From assembly GCF_000143415.4 (NCBI RefSeq), contig NW_003314347.1, positions 643,438-707,437 on the forward strand: a stretch of 64,000 nt of DNA, in the 5' to 3' direction. This DNA comes from Selaginella moellendorffii. Lineage: Eukaryota; Plantae; Lycopodiophyta. This document shows, piece by piece, positions 37,966-48,740 of the stretch (its first letter is position 1; each line of letters starts with the position of its first letter). A program made the translations under genes and the position numbers. The notes beneath the pieces were generated by a model. It did no database searches, was not told the DNA's origin, and was given only the letters and a program-made list of their open reading frames with translations.

Positions 37966-38548
37966 ATGGCAGCAGTGGCAACAACTTCTGTACCTGCACC
38001 TGCAGCCCAACCTGCACCCGCACCCGAACCCGAGCGGCCAATCGAGGAGCTTTTCACAGAAGACCAGCTCGTTACTTACAAGGAAGTCTTCTCCGTCTTT
38101 GACAAGGACGAAGATGGTAAGTGTTTCTTTCGTCTCTGTCCCTGCGAATGACTAGAACAGTTTCGCAGGCTTTGTGGCGGCCAAGGAGATCGGGCCGATG
38201 CTCCGAGCAGTCGTCCAGAACCCGACGCAGGCAGAGATCCGGGGGATGGTCCTCGAGATGGATCCGCTGCAGATTGGGAACAAGCTGTACGACTTCCCCA
38301 CGTTTCTGCGGTACGTAAGCCGGAGGATGAAGGAGTATGACACCGAGGAGGAGCTGCGGGAGGCGTTCCGGGTGTTTGACAAGGAGCAAAACGGGCAGGT
38401 GTCGGCGGCGGAGCTGCGGGAGGTGGTGACGACGCTGGGGGAGGTTTTCACGCCGGACGAGGTGAGCTTGCTCATGAAAGATGCCAAGGTGAATGCCGAG
38501 GGGATGATCAACTACGAGGGCCTCATCAAGATGATGATGAAGAAGTGA
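37966..38548 (+). CDS. Calmodulin-like EF-hand protein (exons 37966-38116, 38169-38548)
   Basis: YKEVFSVFDKDEDG, NPTQAEI, DTEEELREAFRVFDKEQNGQVSAAELR, GMINYE. Confidence 0.9.
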
Positions 38549-39088
38549 GCGAGCGAGTGCGGAAGAAAAAGCTAGAGGAGAAGTACCATACCTCGGGCCG
38601 GAGATCCTTGTCTCCTCGAAAGTGATGGATTTTCGCGGCTTGAAGCTCGTCGATGTCCACAACTCCAATCCCTTTTGATCCCCACGCGTTAAGTTACGCC
38701 TTGATCAAAGCCTCGAAACCAGAACAAGAAGAAACTTACATTCGTAGCCACGAAGAACACCACTGAAAGAAAAAAAAATGAGAATGTTTCATACACACAA
38801 GAGTTCTCTTACCTTTCTCGTTTCTGAGAGATTTTCTGGACGATTAGCCAGCAAGCTTAAAGCTGTGATCATCGCAAACATCACTTTCTCAAACGTCAAG
38901 GAAGAGAAAAGCTCACTCCTGAGGCTTGGGCTGCGGGATCAGCGCCGCCAAGATCACCAATCGCGGCACAGCTGCCACTGAAATCCGTGACGATCGCGAT
39001 CTGCCACAGACCTGGCCACATTTGCGCTTTGATCGAAGACGCCAGACGAGCTTGTCGCTATCCACCATAAACCCTAAAAAAACACCAA

Positions 39089-39926
39089 ATGGCCGGGCCA
39101 CAACGAAGAACAGCGTTGCTTGTCATCGACATGCAGGTACTCCCAGCTCTAGATCGCGCGCGATGGATCTCTCTAAGAATTCCCGTGGCCTAGAACGATT
39201 TCGTCCTCCCCGGTGGCCCAATGCACGTCCTTGGAGCGCCAGCGATCGTCCCAGCGGTCCAGAAATCCGTGGAAACCGCGCGACGCCATGGCCACTTCAT
39301 TGTCTGGGTAAAGAGAAACTATCGATCGATCGATCGATCGATTGATTGATCGATGCTCTTGTTCCAGGTCGTGAGAGAGCACGATGCGAGCGCGAGAGAC
39401 GTGGAGCTCTTCCGACGGCATCTCTACGACGGCGAGACTGGCCCGACGTGCAAGGGAGAATCCGGCGCGGCGCTGGTGGATGGATTGATCCCACAGCCCG
39501 GCGAACACATCCAGCGCAAATTTCGATTCAGCGCCTTCTTCGCCACGAATCTCGACCTGGTGCTCCGCCGCGCTGGAATCTCCCATCTGGTGATCGTCGG
39601 TGAGCTCGAAAAGATTTTCCCCCCTTTGATCGTTCTCTCGATTCTTGCAACGCTCAGGTGTCCAGACTCCGAATTGCATCCGCGCCACTGTCTTCGATGC
39701 CATCGCGCTCGACTACGCCGTGACAGTCATCGCCGACGCCACCGCCGCCGCCTCTCCCGAAATCCACGCCGGTAAGGAAGAGTTGACATTCCGTACAGCG
39801 CTGGCCGCCGCCTTCCGTACTGTTTCTTTGGCTTTGATCTTGCTGCTTGTAGGGAATTTGTTGGACATGCGCAACGTGAGTGCCGCCACTCCAACTCTGG
39901 AGGAATGGGCCAAATTGGCTGGCTGA
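39089..39926 (+). CDS. Isochorismatase/nicotinamidase-like hydrolase, 5 exons
   Basis: TALLVIDMQ/NDF, VVREHD, KFRFSAFFATNLD, GVQTPNCIRATVFDA. A telo-box AAACCCTAA lies just upstream. Confidence 0.9.
39321..39353. repeat. (GATC)n/(GATT)n intronic microsatellite
   Basis: atcgatcgatcgatcgatcgattgattgatcgat. Confidence 0.8.
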
Positions 39927-40007
39927 GATCGATACACACTCTCTCTTCATCGCAAAGACCTAATAAGCTCTTCTTTCTTCTCACATCTTGACTCCTCCTC
40001 GTCGTAA

Positions 40008-41895
40008 ATGCCGGTGGCGCTCTCCAAGCGATCTTCCAGCCCCGTGTCACCCCAAATCCTCTTCGATTCGCCGCCGGAATGGTCAGCTAAGGATAAGGAG
40101 CAGCCGCAGCAGCAGACCATGGCGTCGCGATCGTGCATCGTCAAGATCATCTCCTTCTTGCTCGTCTTCGCAATCTCCGGCACGATCTTGCAGAATTCCC
40201 TCGCCTGGCCGCCGCGCGACGACGAATCCCCCTCCAAGAACGGGGACACTAGCGATGCAGCAACGATCTTCAAGCCGCTGCTCCTCCCATCCACTGGCGC
40301 CACCAGGTCAGCATCGCGATCGCTCTCCTCCTCGTGTCAGATTCAAGGGCTCGACGATCGTGTTCTTAAGGTTTACATGTATGATCTTCCAGCGGAATTC
40401 CACTTCGGGATGCTCGACGCGGCAATCTCCGGTGGCTCGTGGCCTCGAAATATTTCCAGCCTTCCCCGCTACCCGGGCGGCCTCTACCAGCAGCACAGCC
40501 CAGAGTACTGGCTCACGGCGGATCTCTTGAGCTCCGCGGATCCCTCGTCTCGCAAGAGCCCGTGTAGCGCCGTCCGGGTCGCCGATCCAGCCACCGCGGA
40601 CATCTTCTTCGTGCCGTTCTTCTCATCGCTCAGCTACAATCGGTATTGTAGAACCGGGCATAGATTCCAAGGGGGTAGGGGCTGCGTGGAGAACGATCGA
40701 TTGGAGAAGCGATTGGTGGAGTTTCTCAGGGGCCAGGAATTGTGGAGGAGGAACGGTGGGGTGGATCACGTAATTGTGATGCATCACCCAAACAGCTTGA
40801 TGGTGGCCAGGAGCTTGCTCAAGGAGGCTATGTTCGTGGTAGCGGACTTTGGGAGGTTCTCTCGGGCGGTGGCAAACATGAGGAAGGATATAGTGGCGCC
40901 TTACAAGCACGTCATACCATCGTTTGCTCGCGACGCTACCACGTTTGAGAGCCGTGAGACGCTTCTCTTCTTCCAGGGCGCGATTGTGAGAAAGGAGGTA
41001 GGCCATTCTTTCCCTTGTTTGAGTCTTCTTCTTTTTGTGATGTGTGTGTGTGTGTGTGTCTTCTTCCTTCTTCATTGTTTCTCGGTTCCTTTAACACGTT
41101 TCATGTGATGCAAGCTTGAGATTCTTGGTTTTTTTCTGGCTGCCAGGCTTCCTCTGAATGACGAGAGAATGATTCATTGCTTGATTTTTAGTCCCGGGAC
41201 GTTGTCGCCAAGCAAAAACACTAGCGTGTGATGATTCACTGCCAGTCCTTTTCTGATGAACAGTATTCTTTTCCTTTTTTTACTCGCGCGATCGTGGAAT
41301 CACAGCCTGGGTCTTTCTGTTAAGCCGTTTAGATCGATCACTACCAGCCTAAGTAACTCACGCGCTGTTCTTTCGGTTTTTTGTTCCTGGACAGGGCGGG
41401 ATCATCAGGCAGAAACTCTATGAGATCCTCAAGGACAGTCCGGGCGTCCACTTCGTGACGGGCAACACCCAAAAGGATGGCATCCGCAGCGCCACCGCGG
41501 GTATGAGGAACGCCAAGTTTTGCTTGCACCTGGCAGGCGACACGCCGTCGTCGAACCGCCTGTTCGACGCCATCGCCAGCCACTGCGTGCCCGTGATCAT
41601 CAGCGACGAGATCGAGCTGCCGTTCGAGGACGAGCTCGACTACTCGCAGTTTTGCGTGTTTGTGGAGTCGGACAAGGCGCTGCGCAAGGGATTCGTGGTG
41701 CGAGCGCTCGAGAGAATCGGGCGGGACGAGTGGACGCGGAAGTGGGCGATGCTCAAGAGCGTGGAGCGGCACTTCGAGTACCAGCATCCATCGCTCCCCG
41801 AGGACGCGGTCCACATGACGTGGAGAGGAATCGCCAAAAGGGTCCCAGCCTTGAAATCCACGGCACACAAAATCCATAGATACGATAGGCACTGA
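40008..41895 (+). CDS. Exostosin/GT47 glycosyltransferase (ARAD1-like), exons 40008-40997 and 41395-41895
   Basis: Type II TM segment, LKVYMYDLP, ADIFFVPFFSSLS, GGVDHV, KDIVAPY, KFCLHLAGDTPSSNRLFDAI, CVPVIISD. Confidence 0.93.
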
Positions 41896-41973
41896 ATGCC
41901 ATTCCCATGGTTTTGTATAACCTGTGTATAAATCTTACTTTAAACCCTTTGATATAAACCAGGGAGCTTACGT

Positions 41974-43400
41974 TTAAGAGAGAACCATGTCACTGAGCCA
42001 AGTATCTCGGATTTCTTGATGAGCTGCGACTAGAGGCTTGGTAACTTGGAAGAATCCTCTCCTCGCAATCAACATATCCTTGATCTCTCCAAGCTCTCTA
42101 CTTTCCATCGGCCCATTGGCACAAGGAGTCACAGAAAACTTTTCCCCAAACACAGAACCTGCAGCTTGATACAAAGCTTTCTGGCCTCCTGTTGTTTTTC
42201 TTGAGTGTGGCTTTTACGTGCTCCACAAAAGAACTGCCAGTGAAGTTGCACAGCGCCTTGAGATCGCCATGGTCGCGTTCTCCCTTACCCGTCTTCGTCC
42301 AGGAATACAAGAGGCGACCGATCGTTAAGCTTGCGTCGGAAAGATGGTTCGTGTCATGCTTCCTTCTATTTTACAGATTGTTTATCGCTCGCTGCTTAAC
42401 GTTTACGGTCGTAACGGTCTTCTCGAGAAAGCGTCCGGTGTAGATAGTTGCCACAGACCTGTGCATCTTGTTTGATCCAGGAAAAATGTCAATGGTTGTG
42501 AGGCTACAGGATTATGATTGACGATCCAATCCCGGAGGAGTTCGTGATCGCCGAATGACAAACCAGTAACCTGTGCTGATGCTACCTCCTAGAAAAAGAA
42601 AAAGAGAGATCACCCATCCAGAGATCAAGGAAGAAACTAAACTTGTATTACGTACCCAGGCACCACTTGTGAGATCGATGCCTTTCCACTCGATCTTCGC
42701 CAGCGGCTCCGACCAAGCCTGATGATTGTGAGTGTCTCTTGGGACGGTGGCTCCATGAGCATGATGTTCTCGAGAGAGAAGAGCACGAGCTTCTCCATTG
42801 AGTCATTGCCACCGGTTGCAACAGCCCGGGCATCGAGATCGGCAAGCCATTCGAGAGAACGGTTGTTGGTCTGGAGCTGGAGCAAAAGCCACGCTGAAAC
42901 AAGGCACGCCTGTGCGCTCACACTAAACAGTCGAAGGGCGTCCGAGAGTCTATGTGATTGTGAGTGTTGACAACGAGGAACTGCCTTTACGGCCTTCTCG
43001 AGATCTGAAAGATCATGGATGGTTTGGATATTTAGCAAAGAGAAGGAAACAATTCACATATGTGCTACACCTGCAAATTTAAGTTCAAGCTAAATGGAAC
43101 CATCATTGCAAGCTTAATGGAGACAAGGTGATGGCACTGTTTGGTGCATGAGGATTGCAGCTTCCCCAAATCTAGATGATCATCCACCGGGCAATCGAGC
43201 AAATAAACAGCACAGATCCTCCATTTGAGCTTTGAAACTGTGGGCTTGTCCAGAAGAAGTTTGGGGACCAAAGTGATCAAACAGAGCCCTTGGATTCCTG
43301 AGAATTTGCTCGGCTAAACCAATTCCCCACAGAGGAAGTAACCATAGGAGGCAATCCCCTTTACAGCTCACCTCTTTCGAACAAGCCCTTCCCAACCTGT
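41974..43400 (-). other. Coding-like fragments of an unidentified gene or pseudogene
   Basis: Several minus-strand ORF pieces with splice-like boundaries (e.g. 42637-43038, 42098-42310); no family recognised. Confidence 0.3.
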
Positions 43401-44279
43401 CAAAGCAGAGCGTGTTTCTGGAGCTTGCTCACCTGGAAAGCCACCAGTGAGACTACGGGAGGAGACCTCACACTAATCTACACGAAATGTCCTCGTGTCT
43501 AGAGCAAGGATCTGGATTTCGTGTCACAGGGAGTACTAATATGACCACACACTCAAGGTGCCATTTTATAAGTACGTTTTTCATGTCGCAGTCGTTTGCA
43601 TGACTGTACTTGGTGGTCGGAAAGAACTGGAACGCGTTTCACAAACGGTTGGTTTAGTCAGAAATATCACGTAAGGTTTCACTTTTTGTTTGCAGGTGTT
43701 CATATCAGTAAGTCCAGGAAAACCTATGCAGGACTCTCTTGGTGGCAACACCAGACTGTAATAATAGGTATGCCTTTCGATTTTAGTTTATGTGCAGATT
43801 CTAACGCAGAAGAAACTCTCAACACTCCGAAGGATGCTAATCGAGCTCGAAGTGTTTTTATTTGCAGGTAAATCATAGAACTTCTAAAACTGAGACAGTA
43901 AATCGAACTTCTACAATATCAACTTCTTTGTGCGCCCAGGTTTGTCATGTCGATACAAAACGGTTTTCTTGATCTTGCTCCTTTGCAGATACTTGAGAAG
44001 TATGGATCGAAGCGAGAAATGCTGAATTATATTCGGAGCTTCAACCGCAGCATGCTCTTCATGCTTGTGTGTTGTTTCAGGCAGAGATGAAGTCGTTCGC
44101 AAAATCTGGCTCTACGGTTCTACAACAGCATTTCGAAAGAAAGTTGGTGGGGCTCGAAGAAGAAGAAGGCATTGGAGGTAAGTTAGTTCCCCTATAGTCA
44201 TTTTTTCCTTACTCAAAGCTGTAGAGGCATAGACATGTTTGACTTTCCGAGCTGGAAAATCTTGCTGAGCAAACACAGA

Positions 44280-47200
44280 AAATGCAAGATTCATACATTC
44301 AAAAACTTAAAGAACTCGAGGCAAGTATATTTTCCACTACCAAGATAATCAGTCGCACTTGCTCAAACAACAGTGATGAGCCTGCTAGACGTTTGACGAA
44401 ATCCAAAGGTGTGCTCTTCTTGAATCTTGTTTTACTCTTTTATACGTGGTATGAAGGTGCAATTGCAACAAAAATAAAGCAAAAACATGAGCAGTTCTGG
44501 TTGTGGAAGGCTGAAGAACTGTTACAAATCTGTACCAGCATTTATTTTGACTAGTTTCGTAAATTCTTTGTGAACGTTGTTTCAGTGGAAGACAGGACGC
44601 TGCCTCGCAGGTTATCTGGGCGGGAGGCAGGTCCGTGGCAAGATTGTTGTTTTCTGTTACTCTAGCTCGAGGCACTGGGCAGGCACTGGGCAGGCATTTG
44701 AGCAGACAATGGACACGCTTTTCAGGTCATAGCTGTGTTTCTCTCCTTTCGGATTTTAAAACTCTGATTTACAGACGGATGATAAAGTCTTACGATCGAA
44801 GTGTCGTGTTCACGAAGTTCGTGCAGCTTTTGACAAGCAGAGTGAAGCGTAAGTTGAGGCCTTTATTGTTTGCAATGTGCGCCTCAACGGTTTTACTTTG
44901 ATAAACTGTCAAAGCTAAATGTATAATCCTTCATACAATACGCAAAACGGGTATACTACAAAAGTTTATCTTGTCTACTGATGCTGTAATCGTTTACCGA
45001 AGCACGGGCAAGCTGGTTTACTTGAGAACATGCTGAATGCATCTTCAGATGCATTGGTTTCAATGGCATCGGAGATCTCTGAAGCCAAAGAGAGCGCGAG
45101 CTCAACGGTCATGCACGATGGCTCCATTTAAATGCTGCGTTGACCTCCCCCGATTTTTTTCGGTGCAGCTGTATGTGCTTGGTATGGAATTTCTCTGTCT
45201 ATAAATAAGAAGCCAACACCAGATGCGATCTTCAAGTCGGGGAGACGGAGATACTGAAAGAGGAAGCTGTTGCCGTGGCCCTTGCTGCAGCGACAAAGGT
45301 AGATAAGTTTTTTTTGGCGTTTGCTGACACCAAGACTATTACTTTCGTGTTGAGGTGAGATGGAGGAGCTGCCGTTGGGTTTCTCCAATCTTGCAGAGCC
45401 ATATTACAAACACTAGCGTTGATGGTTCGTCAGATTACGACGTCCAAAAGTCTACTAAATAGTAGAATGGCTTGACTTGCAGCTGGTCCCTCTAGTCTGG
45501 ACTAATGACAAGCAGTCAGGTTTTCAAATGAAGCTAAAGTAAAGTCATCAGCAGCGGTGGTCCTTCCACTTCCAAAGTGGTCGGTCTGCTGGAGATTACT
45601 TGATCAATCAAGGATGGGACAGGTTACAGATTTGATGCGAGGTGTTGCGATTGAGAGTCTGAAAGGTTTGCAACTTAAAATCTACAACTTTATGATGCTT
45701 CAGACAACAGGAATCGAAATGTATCAGGGATACTTTGAACAGACATATCCGGATGGATAGCAACATATTTTTACCCCTATCCAATTTATAACTTTTTTAA
45801 ACACTTCTTAGTATATTCTAGTTTATTCTAATGGTTGAAAATTATTTTGTGTTTATAAATTATAACTATGTTTATAATATAAATTTTTATTTGATCAACT
45901 AAATTAATAAATAGGAATAACACTATTAAGAAAATCAAACATTCAAGGCACAATAAATTATTATTTTTGTGTATAAAATGCATCGTAAAATTTTTATTGG
46001 TAGAATGGACTAACTCAATTCTTATCAGTTCCTGGCAGTTTTTTGAGAGAATACCTTAAGCATGCACAAGAAACATGGATACATTTCACAGACCATGAAA
46101 ACCTCCAACAATGAAGCAGGGAGACAACAACCACTCCAAGTTTACAGGTTCTACTGGCAAGCAGACAAGGTAAGCAACGACATGCTTGATTTTACTCACT
46201 CCCTGGCAAGGAAGAAAGCTGCTAAAGTGATGGCTGCTCTAAAAGCCCATCTAGCAAAGAAGGATCGAAGCTCTAAAGCAGAAGCAAAGACCATCCCCAA
46301 GACCCCTTGGTCGTAAGATTTTTGTTATCTTTATAGATTCTCACAGATAAGGAAACCACGAGGTTTCCAGGTTTTAAAGGATTTACAGGAGGCCTTCCAG
46401 CGACATTGGGCTCATCATCCAGAAGCTGTTTCAGAGCACATTTAACGAGCAGCTACTGGTGAAATGCATAAAAAGACGGGATAGCATGTCTTCACTTTGA
46501 AAATGTGATACTTGAATTATATAATAATCACTAGCAAATCGTGGTACTTTAACTCGAACACTCTCTGTCAGCCATGAATCCAAGAACATACAGATACCTG
46601 TGTTATCCACAACCCCAAGTAGACCTGAAACATCTAGTCGAGGATATATATTATTTAGCTTTAGTAACTGCAGTGGATAAATGGTTAGCCTTTGTCTGGA
46701 CACTTTGGAAATTCATCACATCTGTTATAACAAACAACTTGAGGGAACCATAGTTTGCAAGTTCTCTTACTCGTTTGGCACCCTTGTCATCTTTTTCCTG
46801 CTTCACACGTTGTTTGTATCCTTGACCTTTCTTCTTGTGCAAAAATAACTTACTAAAATCCAATGTAGAACTGGCCTCTCTTCCCATCTTCAACTGTGCA
46901 GCACATAAAATAAAATTATCCCCCTCAAGTGAGTTCCCAAAAGTCATAAACCACCAAAGGTCAGGGCCACAACTCCTATTCTTGCTAGTAGAAAAGAAAG
47001 TAAAGAAGTCATTCTTACATTCTGTCACACTTTGGATCCAATCCATCAACCTAAAATCTTCAGTCTCTGTCCCTAAGAGGTTTTCATGATCAATCTTCGG
47101 CCTTACAATGCTCGGCTATCATCACTAGAACTTACGTGAATAACTAAGTCAACGTGGATAGTTTTCTTCTAACTAATAAGAGTTCTCCTTATAGTAGTGC

Positions 47201-47300
47201 CACAAGGCAGTGGCTCTGCAATCTCCACATCACAACCCTCATTTGCTGTAGCATGCCCAATTACTCCATCTTCACCCTTATATACCCACTGCATGAACCC
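44280..47300 (+). repeat. Copy 1 of a segmental duplication (copy 2 at ~61690-64000)
   Basis: Near-identical blocks: 44285-44950 vs 61695-62375, 45790-47100 vs 62395-63700, and 47185-47285 vs 63890-64000. Confidence 0.95.
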
Positions 47301-47810
47301 CTGCGACTCTCCCTTCCTATGCAACCTTGCGAGTCCAAACTCCACAAGTGATAGCGTTGGATTCAGAGAGACAGTCTTTCCTGTGCCAAAGAAATAGTTT
47401 GCTGCCACGGTCTGGACTAGTGCTTTTACCTCCGTTAGCTCATCTTTGGGGACAAGAGAAAAGAACCAGTAAACATCTTCCAGCAGTGTCTTGTTCACTG
47501 TCTTCATAATTTTTGTTGGGCGTATCCTGTCACCATTGTGGTCTAAAAGCGTTGAGGCACCCCTCTCTGATGCCATGTCCTTTGCAAAGTCTAGGAAGAA
47601 CTTCGTAGCTGCAGATGGCTACAAACGATATACTGCTCAAGAGTGGTAACAAATTTCCGATATCGTCCTCTGTACAGCAGCCCCAACCTCTCAAAGTCTA
47701 TGGGACTGCAATCCTCCAATATATTGCTAGCATATTGCTGCAGGGACTGACCATCCTGAAACTCACCGAAGGTTGTATACCACAAACTGCTAACACGGTT
47801 CAGCATAAAC
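46538..47810 (-). pseudogene. Crinkler-type NTPase-nuclease gene copy 1 (C-terminal part, internally deleted)
   Basis: YRGRYRKF, SLVEFGLAR, EIAEPL, CGPDLWWF..CAAQLK and RVRELANYG, with deletions and frameshifts relative to the 63138 copy. Confidence 0.75.
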
Positions 47811-47949
47811 TGAGAAGAAGACTAACATCAGCCATGAAACACAAAAAACGGATACACAAATTATGGTAGACCATTAATCGTCCAATCCCAGATTAATAAA
47901 TAGGAATAACATTAAACATTGTTACATGGAATGCACAGCAAATTATTAT

Positions 47950-48740
47950 ATATATAAAAAATAGGGTTTTCATTTTGGAAACAAAAAACAATAGAAATTG
48001 AGTTTTTCTCTTTTTCAAGTACAATATAAAGACATTGGTGGGTTGCAACATGAATTTATGCTCTATGAAACACTTTCTTGCAATTTTTATATCATCCCCT
48101 TAATCAAAAAAACTTTACACACAATTGATTTTCTTTACAGCTATGAATTCTTTCCTTACATCGTTATTGTAGACCCAATCTTCAAGTGATTGTAACAATG
48201 CCATCTTAGACTGGAATAGAGATCATTAGTCCAGGCACTCATTACTAATGCTTTCTAATATTTTGGTTTTCCTTACTTTAGACTGCTATTGAATGATATT
48301 CACAATTTTCTATGTTTGTGATCAACCTCTTTCTACAAGGATCACTCCTAAGCCATGCAAATCCATGCCACTGGATGAGTGAGTATATTGATGGTCCTCA
48401 CCAGGAAATATTTCCATTTATCTTGTTGTGCGGAGAGTTTAAAGTATGAAGAGGTTGGTTTCAAATCGTGACATATAACAGCAAAGTCAATCATCAGAGA
48501 CTTGTTTAGTATTTAGACACAGTGGCCTCCTCAACAAGAGAAATTTAGAAAGCAGAGCAAAGAAAACCTTGAGTAGTAAAGAATTCCAGTGGATCTTGTT
48601 GCTGTGGTGCTTGGAATTCAGTGGAAGTCTCAGCTTGGATATCAATCCCAAACTGGAACTTGCGAAGAATAGTGACGTTTTATTTGTCAAGGGCTCTACC
48701 TTAGTTGAGCTCGACCTGGTACGAGCTGGAAATACTCATG
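47950..48740 (+). pseudogene. Fragmented relic of the Slo/BK channel gene
   Basis: ggatcactcctaagccatgcaaatccatgccactggatgagtgagta..caggaaatatttcca..gagagtttaaagtatgaagaggttggtt matches the reverse complement of ~3275-3410. DVLFVKGSTLVELDLVRAG matches DVFFVKGSALFELDLVRAG. Confidence 0.8.

Noticed and set aside
33068-38548. Functional cluster of Patched-like, calmodulin-like and the distant BK channel as a sperm/cilium module
   Set aside because: Adjacency in a gene-dense eukaryotic genome is not evidence of a shared pathway.
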